Of a DNA stretch of 64,000 bases, positions 13,743 through 41,720 are shown in pieces. Within the stretch, counting starts at the first letter, position 1, and the number at the start of each line of letters is the position of its first letter. Below the pieces are notes generated by a model, which did no database searches, was not told the origin of the DNA, and saw nothing but the letters and a program-made list of their open reading frames with translations. Source of the DNA: Paraspadella gotoi (taxonomy: Eukaryota; Animalia; Chaetognatha); contig CM119264.1 of the NCBI GenBank assembly GCA_051294375.1, forward strand, positions 10,825,832 through 10,889,831, in the 5' to 3' direction. The translations under genes were made by a program, and so were the position numbers.

Positions 13743-14410
13743 AGAAAGAAAGGAAGAAAGAAAGAAAGATAAGAAAAAAAGGAAAAAAAGAAAAAAAATA
13801 GAAAAAAATACAACGACCGTAAGAAAGATAAGAGAAAATTCCCCGAGAGAGAAAAGACAGAGACTCTGAGATGAAGCTGAGCAGGAGCGAAAGCTCACTT
13901 CCCGATGGAACGCATAGATAAAAACGTTCCGGATATGAGACAAGAGTGGACGTTTGCGTGGAAATATAAAGAGAGAAAATGCAATGTGGGGAGCTATGAG
14001 TGGTGGAGGGACGACGAAAGTCGAAGTGAAGCGATGTGGGTTCAATTTCAATGGGACAGAGTCATTCTTTGGGTGACGTCGAGCGAGGTGGGGGACAGGG
14101 GAGTCCAAGGAGCGCGAGACCGAGATCGAATCTATTCCTGGCCCAGGCTCAGGTGAGCAACCCGCGTCACTCATCGCTGAAGTTTTCTACCGAGGCTCTC
14201 GCCTCATTTGTCTCCGCGCTGGGGCGCTTAGTGCTCTTTTTAACGATATCTATCTTCTATTGTGCATGTATGTTCGAATTAGTATTTAAATTAATTCGAG
14301 TTCCAAGTACGACTGAGAATTTTTTTTTTTCTCAATTCTGAACCGTCTGACATTTTCATTTAATCGCCGCGATTTTAATCTTTTCCATTGTCCCTCCTCC
14401 CTCCCCTCCC

Positions 14411-14483
<73 letters not shown>

Positions 14484-14595
14484 TTTCTTTAAATTCGAAG
14501 TTTTCAATCCAAATCTTTTAAACCCATTCCAAATCTGCAAACACGTCCACAAGTATCGCGTGTGACCTCTCTCGTCAAGTGCACGCAATATTCTC

Positions 14596-14686
<91 letters not shown>

Positions 14687-16392
14687 TCCCCCAACAACCT
14701 CTGATCTCTCTCACTTCCCTTCCTTCCAGAGCACCCAGGGGAAACTCGGAGAATTTAATTAAATTTCGGTCTCGGAATTTCCCTTCGGCTTCTTTCGTTT
14801 CCGGACTTCCGGTGGCACTTCCGGTTGGCGGAGGGCGTGGCCCTGAGACGGTCGTCTACGTAGGGACGACGACGACCAATGGGGATAAAATCGATTTGAA
14901 AAAAAAATTTAAATGCGAAAATTTTTACAATTTCATTCGTTTTATTTTTTCATGCGACCTGCGCGAAGATTTAGCCTTTCCGGCTGAACCAACAGAAATG
15001 TCTTTCTCTGAAACTATCTTGTTTTAATCGTTAAAATTGCAACGTCTCAGTACCCAGTTACACTATCTAATTGTGGGTACGGATTTGGGAAGATTGCCTG
15101 TCATCCTTTGAAAATGACGATGAAGACGGCGACGACGACAGCGACGACGACGTACGACGACATGATGAAGACGACGACGACTCACCTTGGCGTCAAGGCA
15201 ACCGAAACAAATTAGGCCGATCACCACAGAAAAGGAGGAACGGAGAAGATTTCCCGGGAACGACAATTATAAAATGGAAATGCGTTTTCACGATTCGAGG
15301 ATTTCACGATCGGATCGGTGCACGTTGGAGCGTCGCAGAAGCCGGCTCGATTAAAACGAGCACCCCGGGTTTTAAAAAACAGTTAAGGCGCGCCATCCCC
15401 TACCCCGATCGAATCGAGATTAAATCCTCATTTTCAATTCTTTTATTTTTTTCAGCGAAGATGAATTCGTCTCCTTAAATCGCGTTTGTGATTGTCAAAA
15501 GCAAACTCGCTCTCCAAAGTCAACAGGAATTTAATTAGTTTTCAAAATAATTGAATTTCAGGTTTTCTGCGGAGTAAAAAAAAAATATTTAAAAAAAGGT
15601 TAAAAAATAATTATTTTCATTAATAATATCTATTCTTTTTATTAATGTCATCCTCAGACAAGGTGGTTTTAGTATAAACGAAATTATACATATTTTCCTG
15701 GGTTAATTTTTGACCACTTAAACGTTTTATGTTTTCACTCACCTGCCTCTTTCTATCTCATATTTTCTTTCTTGGTATCAAAACAAGTATTTTTCACTGC
15801 CACTCGTGGACTGTAAAACAGTTACGAAATATTTGGCAACCTTATGCTTATTGACAGAAATCTCATAATTTACTAATTAATTTTAATATTAAAATTTATT
15901 TTCTTTTCGTATCAGAGTCGCTCACTATCGGAGCGTACCCCGGCATCTCACCTTTCTTTCTCTATTTTTGTTAATGAATATCGCTTTCCTCATCCTTCCA
16001 TTTTTTTCTGGTGAGAACTTTCCTCACCTTCATTTATCCTTCTTTCTTTCCCGACCTTTTCCATTCTTTTCCTTTTCTTTTTCTTTTCTTTCCCTTCATT
16101 CTTTTCTTCTTTTCAATCTTGATTTTCCATTCTCGATCCCTGAAATAAATGATGCCTCGGAAAACCGCGAAAACTTAACCGCTTCTCCCTACCGCTTCCG
16201 CCCGTTCCCTCCGTCTCGGCCCGTCCGCTTCCACCATCCGATTCCGTCTTTCCCGCCACGATTCCATCACTTCCGGTTCCACACGAAAAATCCTACTGAT
16301 TCGTCTTTCCCTGCGTCGCCATTCGTTGTGGTCTATCTCCCTTTTTCTTTCCCTGCTCTCTGTCTCTGTCTCTCTCTCGTCTCTGTCTCTCA

Positions 16393-16425
<33 letters not shown>

Positions 16426-16793
16426 ACTCTCCTCTCTCTCTCTTCTCTCTCTCTCTCTCTCTCTCTCATCGCGCGCGNNNNNNNNNNNNNNNNNNNNNNN
16501 NNCTGGTGGCCAGCCATCTCACGAGGAATACTAAGTAACCGGATTAAGGATTACAAACGGCTTGCTGGGCGCTCAGACTGGACGACTGTCTCTTTCTCTC
16601 TATTATTCTCCCTCGTACTCTTTTTCTCACTAATGTTCATCTTCTTTCTTTTTTTTCTCTCTTTATTTCTATTTCTATTTCTTTTTTTGCTTCTTTTTTT
16701 AAATTTTTTTTTTCTGTCGCTTTTTTTATTTTTTTTGTCTCTCCTTTTTGTTTTCAGTGGATGTCTCTTAGCCCATTTCGGTTGTACTTTACG

Positions 16794-16872
<79 letters not shown>

Positions 16873-19321
16873 TTCTCTCTCTCTCTCTCTGTCTCACTCC
16901 ATGGCGCCAGGACGCAAATCGTCCTTCGCGCTTCTAAGACAGAGAACGGAAGAAGAAAGGAATATAAAGTTTGAATTTCAGTTCAGTAACGTGTGGCGGG
17001 TTCCGATTAAAAATCAGTCTGCCGGAATCGCCAATGAGGCTTTGAGAGTGGATAGAGAATATCTGGGAAAAGAGAAAATTTTTAACAAATGGAAAGGTTG
17101 GATCCAGAGCCACGGAATGAGGGAGACCGATTTCGGAAAAAAGCGAAACGAGTATGAACTTTCGGTTAAGCTTAAGAATTAAAGTACACGTGAATAAATA
17201 TTCCTACAAGAGACTTAAGCTATTGCACAACTTCTAATCATGCGCTCTAAAAGAAGCAGAGCACTTTTGTAAGCCCGAAAAAGACCGCTTCTGAAATAAA
17301 AGGTTTCCACTTTCCGATTTTGATTCTTAGAAAAGGAAAGTTGATCATTCATCTCCTGTGGGAGCTTTCTCACTTTCCCTCTTTTCTTTAGCTCTCCTCT
17401 TCTCTCTTGCTCTCTCCTCTCTCTCTCTCTCGCTCTCTCTCTCTCTTCTCTTCTGCCGACCAGCTGCACCCAAACTCTTTCCGTTCTCTTCTCATGCCCA
17501 CCTCTCCTCTCTCCTCCTGCCTGCTTCTCTCTCTCTCTCCTCTCTCTCGTGACACCCCCTCTCTTTCCCCATCAAACTCTCGCGCGGCCTATAACGTCAA
17601 ACGGTCGAGTGAACGCACTCAAATTTAGGCCTTTTCCCTTAAGTGGCGTCAGCGGCCAACTTTTCTCACGGATTCGTGAAAAGAAGCTCAGAAATTTTTT
17701 TCAGTTAATACATCTAATTGCATTTTATATTCATTCAGTACAACAAGCTTAACCAAACCTGGAATATAGAAACATTCTAAATTAGAATCTGAAGAATCGA
17801 GAATTGTAATCCTAAATAAACTTTGAAATCGTTTCATGTTTAGGACATTTTTTTTTCGGCTGAGTGAAATAACTTGGCGGGAAAAAAAAACAAAAGTTTG
17901 TTATTGCAAGTATTTGTTTATTTTTTTGTCATCGCATAAGAAAATTGTCAAGGAAATCATGGCATGCGATCAAAATAATTGTCGATAATAATTTATCCCG
18001 TTTCGAGAAAAAAAATGGCACTGGATAAGATTGTATACTTGTTAGTCCTTGCGGACTAGTAGTCGCTTGTCAATTAATGGGATGACCCACGCTATAAAGT
18101 CGAGCGCCACTTTCAAACGCCCCTTTAAGATTAATTCAACAAACTTTAGGAGTTTTCATTTTCAATTATTGTTTTTTTGTTTTGTTTGTTTTTTTGTACA
18201 CACTGGCTTTTTTTAAGCAAAAAAATAATTTTAGTCCATATCTACTAAAAAATTTTTTTTCATAAAGACGGGCGTATATTTTAATTTAGTTTTAAAGTGC
18301 GAGAATCGCTAACTTGATGATTTGGTAAACTTAAATAATTGTTTTATAAAATTGAAGCAAATTGATAGACTAATGCCTACATGTAGCGAGCTTGATGGAC
18401 TTAAAGGTGGGGTGGGGGGACTAAAGATCAAATTTAATATTTTCAAGAGTTTGTGTTTTACAAGACATACGCATTTATTTTGTATCATAATAACCAACTT
18501 GAGGTCAGCATCACCCATTTATTTCACAGCCCGATATGTAATGGTGCTAGATGATGGTATGAAAAACGGTCGTTGTCCATTTTGATGCAAAAAATGAGAT
18601 ATGTTGAAAATGCAAGTATAATTTAATAAAATTTTTAAAAAATATTTGCCAATTTTGTATGAGAAAAATCTTTCGGAAATATTTTACCAATACTAGAATT
18701 TACTGGCGATGAGCTCAAACGGAGGAGTCACAAAAAATAAATCCCACCAAATGAAATAAAGCTGGAACCAATAAACCAAAAAAATTAAAAACCAACATTT
18801 AACAGTCGGAGAAAAGGACTAGATTGAGACATGGACATCTTTGTTTAGTTGAGGGGGAGGGGGAGGAGGGAGGAAAGCAAACGACGTTCTGATGAACCAA
18901 TTGTTTAGCGGCCTTTGCCTGAGATGGTAAATTAAAGAATAATTAAAGAAAGATAAAAAAAGAAAGAAAGATGAAAAAAAGAAAGCTGGAAAAAGAAAGA
19001 AAGATAAAAGAAGAAAGAAAGATGAAAAAAAGAAAGAAAGACAAAAAAGAAAGAAGAAAAAAAAGAAATAAGGAAAGAGAAGAAAGAAAGAAAGGAAAGA
19101 AAGAAAAATGAAAGAAAGAGTAGAAAGAAAGCAATCAAGCAAGCCAAGAAAAGAGAAAGAAAAAAGGAAAGAAAAGGAAAGAAAGAAAGAAAGAAAGAAG
19201 AGAAGAAAGAAAGAAGAAGAAAAAAAAAAAGGAAAGAAAGAAAAAATAAATAGAAAGAAAGACAGAAAAAAAGAAATAGATTGGACAGACAAACCAAACA
19301 AATTAACCGCAAAAAAAATCC

Positions 19322-34452
<15,131 letters not shown>

Positions 34453-34996
34453 CGTCGAGTTTTCGAGGAAACGAAGATCGATGCAATTATTTTTTAAATC
34501 GGGAAAATTTATATATTTTTAACGGGAAAATTTCGGTGAAAAATCGAATATTTGAGGAGAACGTTTAAAATAGCGAGCGAATAATTGGGAATCAACTTCG
34601 GTTCCAGTCGATCGATTCGTCAGAATTTCGAGAGAAGGATCCGAGGATCGAAATTGGGTCGTCGCGTTTTATTGAAAAGTCGATTGTGAAGGGAAATCTG
34701 TACACGAGAGACGATTGTTAATCTGAGGGAAAACCCATCATTTTTTTGGAAAATCTTTTTTTTGTTGCCACAATAACTGCAAAGAGAAGAAAAAAATTGT
34801 AAATTAAATTGTCAATTGGATTTTAGTTCATAGTTTAAAGTCTAAACAGTTGAAGCAGTTTTTAGTCACAGTCTCAACCATAAGCAGTGATTCTTCGGAT
34901 TTCGATTCGTAAGTTTCGTGAATTCTCGAACTCGATGCAATGAACCTCGTGAATCTGAAAGGGGAGAAGGACTCGCGAAAAATTCTATCTCCCCTC

Positions 34997-35037
<41 letters not shown>

Positions 35038-35200
35038 GTTCTCGATTTTTTTTTCTTTTCTTTCATAGAAAAACAGAGATAAAATAAACACAAACCGAAG
35101 GAGATACACAACCGAAATCGTTTATTTTTCGTTCATCATCGATTTTTTCTTCTAAAAATTTCGAGTCGATAATATTTTGTATCTCAAATTCCGCGATTCT

Positions 35201-35431
35201 TTTTCTTTTTTCTTTTTTTTTTTCATAATCATTATTTTTCTTTTTGTTTCTCTCTTTTCATCGACGACGAATTCACGTGATTGCGCAACGAGGATTCGAC
35301 TCTCGATTCCCTTTTGTTTTTCCAAATGGAAAAAGTCAAAGATCGAATTCGAAAAATTAGTGCGAAGTCTCGACTCTAGCGAATTTATCGCCCTTCGCCG
35401 TGACGAGACAGGACTCCATTCAATCTCTTTT

Positions 35432-35483
<52 letters not shown>

Positions 35484-35830
35484 ATTAGCGTTGAGCGATA
35501 AAATCTTTCGCTACCCCATTTCGCCAAGCGTTCTAAACGATTTCCTTTCCTTCGTCCTCATAATATTTTCATATTTATGTTTTTCCAATTTTCGTCGGAG
35601 AAAAAAAAAAAGAGATTGAATGGAGTCCTGTCTCGTCACGGCGAAGGGCGATAAATTCGCTAGAGTCGAGACTTCGCACTAATTTTCGAATTCGATCTTT
35701 GACTTTTTCCATTAGGAAAACAAAAAGGGAATCGAGAGTCGAATCCTCGTTGCGCAATCACGTGATTTCGTCGTCGATGAAAAGAGAGAAACAAAAAGAA
35801 AAATATGATTATGAACAAAAAAAAGAAAAA
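35201..35830. repeat. Inverted repeat, ~235-bp arms (35201-35438 and 35598-35830), ~160-bp spacer
   Basis: GACGAGACAGGACTCCATTCAATCTC versus GAGATTGAATGGAGTCCTGTCTCGTC and flanking matches; right arm abuts a 25-N gap. Confidence 0.9.
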
Positions 35831-37466
35831 NNNNNNNNNNNNNNNNNNNNNNNNNAGAGAGAGAGAGAGAGAGAGAGTGAAAACCTGTGATGATCGCACT
35901 CGTCGTCGTCGTGTGAATGGAAGGATAAAGAAATCGATCGAAATCTTTTGGACTCGTTTGAGTCGAATCTTTTTGGCTGAGTCATCGTGAAACGTTTTAT
36001 GCGTGGGTGATCCGTTCGTGATTCCCAGATAAAAATTTATAAAACGGCGTTCTAGTGTTACTAATATCATTGATCGGTGATTTACCAGCGGGAGTTGAAA
36101 ACAAGGAGTTAAGCTTACAAAACGAAATATCGTTTACAATTTCAATAAAATATAAGTTTTTACGCGGATATTCTCACCTCGAGATTGATCAATACGTCAA
36201 GTTAAGCGTTGTCAGTTAACTCTCTAAATCGCAAAATTCACAAATAAGCGAAACGATTGAAAAAAAAAATTAAATGAAAAAAAAAATCGACGTTCTTTCT
36301 TCGTTTTCCTAGGGCGGCGTACAAAGAGAAAGGATTGAGATTTTCAAAGAGAAAAGGGAAAAATAAAGTTTTTCTTTTAGACTTTTCTTCACTATTTTTA
36401 TTTTCACCTTAACCCCCCCCCCTTTCTCTTCAATTTTCCCCTTTTCTTGGAAGCGGCTCAAAAGCATTTCCTTTGCCGTCGTGGAGCCCGGGCGGCCCGG
36501 TCGGCCCGGTCGGCCCGGGCGGCCAGATCGGGCCGGCCAGAGAGAGTGGGAGGCTTTTTCCAATTTGTCGAAGGCAGGGATTTCAGATCCATCGCGAAAA
36601 CTACTTTCTTTCGCTCGGTCGCGACGGCGCGGCGGAGAGAGGAATAAAGGTGAGGCAGGGTGAGGCGGATGCGGCGTTGGGAGTTTAACTGGAGCCGATT
36701 AAACCGAATAAACGATTAAACATTATTAATCCTATTTCGAAGACTTTATTTCACTTTTTTTTATGTGTCCGGATTTGAAGGGATTAAATTCCGTTTAAAT
36801 AATCGACTTCGAAATGAATGATAAAAATTCTTTCTTCTTTTTTTTTTCAAACGTCACGGCGGAACGTGACATTTCGAGATCCGTGACTTTGTGATTTTTG
36901 TGAGTTTGTAATTCTGCTGGAAAGAAAATTATTGTGACATCGAAGCCTGAGACGAAATGCGGGTCGAACGGAGAAGACTCGACGCCCGATTGCGAAAACA
37001 ATCGTCAGACGAAGGCGACGATAACGACGACGAAGACGACGACGAAGAAGACGACGAAGACGACGACGAAGAAGACGACGACGACGACGATGGTGTCCAG
37101 TGTGACGATGCGAAGATGATAAAACCCAAACCGATTACGCCGACGTTGAAGACTCCAGGAAAAACGGTGAGGACAAATTGAGGTCGAAAACGACGACGAT
37201 GACAACGAAGACGAAAACATAAAAAAAAGTTTTCGCAATGAAGACGACACACGCCTCTGCAGGTTCTCGGTGGGTCGACCCTACGGGTCCGTTATTTGGG
37301 TCACTCCGGTCAATCCGGTCATTCGGGTCAGTCAAAAAAAAAGGGTTTTTTTTCCCTACCTTCGAAATTCTCTCCCACCTTCGCATCCTTAATACCAAAA
37401 TCTCTACGGAGATAAAAGAATTTTACTTATAAAAATATTTCTTAAGATAGAATATATATATATATC

Positions 37467-37497
<31 letters not shown>

Positions 37498-37675
37498 TTG
37501 TCTCTCTCTCTATCTGTGTTTCTCTCTATCTCTCACTCGCTCCCTCTCTCTCAAAAACTTTTATAACGAAAACAATTTTTGGAGCCGTCGTTCGACTTAT
37601 GCAGGGGTGGTTACTCACTCTCTCCTTTTCTTTCTCTTCTCTCTCTCTTCTTCTCTCTCTTTCTCTCTCTCTCTC

Positions 37676-37719
<44 letters not shown>

Positions 37720-37861
37720 GTTTTTATGTTTGTTCTCTCTCCCTTTTTTTATAAGTATCCTTTTTAGGTCGGTTAAATTATTAACCTTTACCCGGTTTGA
37801 TGGTTTTAAACTCCCCTCGAAATTTTTACTTTTTTTTCTTGCGATTCTAAATCTCGACTTT

Positions 37862-37939
<78 letters not shown>

Positions 37940-39053
37940 AGAGACTCCTCCTCATTAACCCGACGAGAGACTTCGAGGGTTAAAACCCCTTCGAGTTAAA
38001 AGTGGGCCGCTGTGTGAAGCGTGCGGGGTGGAGAGTCGGTTCTGTCCCTTCTATTCGAGGGCTTCTCTTTTCAAAGCGCCACTTCTCCCCTTCCTCTTTC
38101 CCTCACTCTCCTCGCTCTTCGAACCCCTGAACCCGTGAGTGGCCTCTTCATCTCTTCGCTCTCACGCCTTCGCCGTCGGTCTTCGCAAGCTCACAGCTTT
38201 CACGCCATGAGTTTCGACTTTTAGAGTTAAGTCTTCGTCTTCAGCCTTTTTTGGATCTCGGTTCAGTGATGATCCTCTTCTGAGCTACCTGAGTCTTCCT
38301 TCGCCACTCCCATTTCCATTAGTCTCCAGAGGCGGCGTCATTCACTCCCTTTCCGATTTCCATCCTCCCCTTTGATTCTTCACAATTTCGGCTTCGTCTG
38401 ACATCCCCACCATCACGGTGTCGCGTGAATTAATATTGAGCCCGGATCTTTCCACCAGCGCCAGACTCTTACAGTCGATTTCGGTGATTGCTGGATATCC
38501 GGACATCGAATCGGCGGACTGACTGACTGCTGGTGAACTGAGCGGGGTAGTGAGGCGCCTATTGGCTGCCCTCACCCCCCCCCTCGTTTCTCGACTGCGA
38601 GGAATCGATCACCACAGACACATTTTCACTTTTCAGCTTTTCGAGTTCTTTTTTATTATCTCATTTATTATCATATTTCCTCCTTTAGTATTTCCAAACG
38701 AGAATCTCCAAAACGATCGACGCCAAAATCACGATCATCGAAATTCATCACGATGTGCAATAAAAAAGATACGTCCCCGGTGAAAAGCTGACCGATCACA
38801 ACATGCCCGGACACGGTGCGAGATTAAATTAGTCACGTGAGAATTGGTTGATTTAAACGAAGAAAAGAAGCGGGTACATCCGAGCGAGAGGAGATAAAAA
38901 AAGTGAAAATCGTAAATTGAAGCGCGTAATGGATTAGCATTTTGGGATTTTGTGAAGTAAGCAGGTGCGTCGACGACGTATCAAGTGGCGCGAGGCGAAG
39001 AGTTTTACTTTCTGCGAAACTAATTTTCGTTATCAGGTGCGTCGTTAAAACAT

Positions 39054-39084
<31 letters not shown>

Positions 39085-41659
39085 AGACGACGGAAACCAT
39101 AAAAGAGCAAAACTCTTTGCCCATTGCAAACCCGACCGACAAGGTTTCGACGAAGGTTGCTAAGTCAGAGTGGCCGTTAGTTCCTTTCCGAGACCTTTAA
39201 TTTTTATGGCTGTTGTTGCAATGAGTTTATATTATCGTGCGTATTTTTTCCGCGCGTGCGTTGCCAAAAAATAACCGATTTTATTTTATTACTAATTGTT
39301 TTATATTTTTTTGTCGTAGAGAAGAAGATGGGGGGGGGGGAAACGAAATCAAAGACGATCCCCTACTGAGAGGAAAGAGTCTAAAAGAAAATAAAATTAG
39401 GTCCCGAATTCTAAAATGTCTTGATCGTGAAGGAGTGTGTGAGAGCAAAGTTCTTTGGTATCGCGTATCGTGACGACCGGCGGCGAAAAACACAAAACAT
39501 TTTCACCGACCGACGAATCACGAAATGAGCTCGTTTCGGACGACGTCAAACTTTAAATTCTCAAGATCATTTTTCCCCGGTCCAATCACCCACGTTGGGG
39601 CCCGAATTCAAAATCAAAAAAGTTTTTCACGATGCAATCTGAGATCTGCAAACGACAATTCCAATAGGGACGTTTAGTTTTTACAAATAAAATTTGAAAT
39701 TAGCAAAAATTATGGTGGCTCCTTTCGTCATTTTCTAGAACTAAAACCAATTAACTATGTTCAAAATTGTTCATATTTACAACGTACCGTACCTACTACC
39801 TAGTTTATATTTAATGAGCGAGGTCGGACTGGGCATTCTCAACCTAAAATCGGAAATGCTTCCTGTCCAATGAACGCTTATCTCTCCAAGGAGTCTTCGG
39901 CCAATGAGCATCGAGAAGGAGAAGTCGCTCCTTGAGAGAAGTCACTCACGATTCACCTAAAAGTCATTGAGAATTTCCGCCTTATTTTTTTTTTTTTTTC
40001 TAGCCCCTCGTATCAAAAAGACGGGGAAAAAAAATGAGCAATGCGGACATTTCTTTTTCAGACTCGACTGACAGACAGACCGATGAGTTTTTCACGTCCG
40101 ATTAATTTTTTGAGATTTGATCGAACGGAAAGAATGAGGTTGTCCTGGAATGGAAGGTAGAAAGTTGGCAGAAGAGGTGAAAGGAAAATGAAGTCGATAA
40201 AGAAGTGAAAAAGTGGAGCGGAAATAAGAGTTAGAATGAAAGGGAAAATGAAGAATGAAGAGAGAAAAGAAAAGTTATTGAAAGAAAGACGTAGAGACGT
40301 AGAGAAACTCAAATATAAAAAAAAAAATCATGGGTGAGTTAAGGGGTAAACGTGGATCGTCTTTCATTTGCGGTCGCGCATCCTTCACTTGTGCGCTTTC
40401 ACACAGGCAACAATGACGAATACAACGAATGCGTCGACGAAAACGTCAAACATCTTTACAGGGACCCGGGACGATAGCGAAGGCGCCCATTGGCTCTTGA
40501 CTCACCCACCGCCTCCCCCAACCCGATTCCTTGAGAAGCGATTCCCCTCATTTTTCCGCTTAATTTTCCCGAAGCGATCATTTTCGAGAGTCAAACTTTC
40601 GCTTCTCGTAAAACAAACATTCATCTTCATTTTTTTCTACTCGAATATCGATTAATTTCTCGCTCTCCACTCTCTCTCTCTCGTTCCTTTTCCTCTCCGA
40701 TTATTTTTTCTCTTTTTCGAAAAAAATTGGTTTAATGCGCGGATCAAAGAAAGAAAACAAACAAAAAGACACGACGAAGTTTGACCAAGAACGACGGGAC
40801 CGGCGACTTTTTGCGGAGCGGGAAAAGTTTTGTACGTTTTTTTTTTTTTTTTTTTACTGTGCACTTCCTGTTGCGTTTTGGTTTTTGAGAGAGAGAGAGA
40901 GACGAGAGAGAGAGACAGAGAGACGGTGAGAGAGAGAGAGAAGAGAGAGATGAGAGCAGAAAGAGAGAGAGAGAGAGTTAACTTTCCTAATTCCATATTC
41001 GTCGTGGCCCGTATTTCAGATTCGAGGTTCGAACTCCGATCGACAAAAGAATTAATCATTTCCATTTTCCGGTCGATTCGATCACGTGAAATCGGTCATT
41101 GACCCGCGCGCGCTTTTCCTTTTTCTCTGTTTGTTCAGTGGTAAATCCGGAACCCGGAGTTATGCCCACACAAATTCTCGATGAAACTCTCTCCAATGAG
41201 AATTACGTCCGTTGACTTCTGATCTCTTCGTTCCCTAGCTCCGAGTCCCTGCCTCCTTTCTATATTTAGCCTTTTGACTTTTTGCTTTCGCTTTTTTTTT
41301 TTACTTTTACACTTTCCTTACTTTTTTTACCTCTTTCCTGTCACGCCCGCACTCCCGACCTGTTTCCAATTCACCAAGTCACCTCCCTCCCAATTCACTT
41401 GACATCCTTTCACTTCAAAATTCACTTTCCAGACCTCGCCCCAACCGACCGCTTTGCAAACAACCATTTTCTTTATTTTTTTAGTGCCAGGGGTAGGAGG
41501 GGGGGGGCGCGTTTACCTTTTAAAGGCGACGATTAGTTGTGATCGTCGAACGACAACAGACGAAGAAGGGCGGCGATTGTTGTCGGGCGCCTTTGCCCCA
41601 AATAAATGGTTTGCGTCCAACTCTGGATCAGATTCCTAGACTTCCCTTTTCTTTTTAAA

Positions 41660-41668
41660 CGACGACGA

Positions 41669-41720
<52 letters not shown>
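41660..41720. repeat. (GAC)n trinucleotide microsatellite; related tracts at 1608-1672, 37015-37091, 39055-39090
   Basis: Directly visible. Confidence 0.9.

Larger units (their letters stand above)
1..16380. repeat. Tandem segmental array: A(1-1836) B(1837-6075) A(6076-8055) C(8056-9126) B(9127-13365) A(13366-15343) C(15344-~16380)
   Basis: CAATGAGTGAGAAACATTT recurs at 1, 6076 and 13366; TGTTTAACATACGA recurs at 1837 and 9127; the ORF track repeats at ~7.29 kb spacing. Confidence 0.95.

Noticed and set aside
16175-16300. Pro/Arg/Phe/His-rich antimicrobial-peptide-like reading RFRPFPPSRPVRFHHP
   Set aside because: No ATG or signal in that frame; it is the antisense of a purine-rich block that is equally explained as a minus-strand Gly/Ser exon.
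36476-36540. Collagen-like GPVGPVGPGG / PGRPGR repeat
   Set aside because: Only about four 9-bp units, with no extended Gly-X-Y frame.
36957-37181. Poly-Asp/Glu acidic ORF (similar at 1565-1843)
   Set aside because: Driven by (GAC/GAA)n repeats; no start, splice or domain support I could verify.
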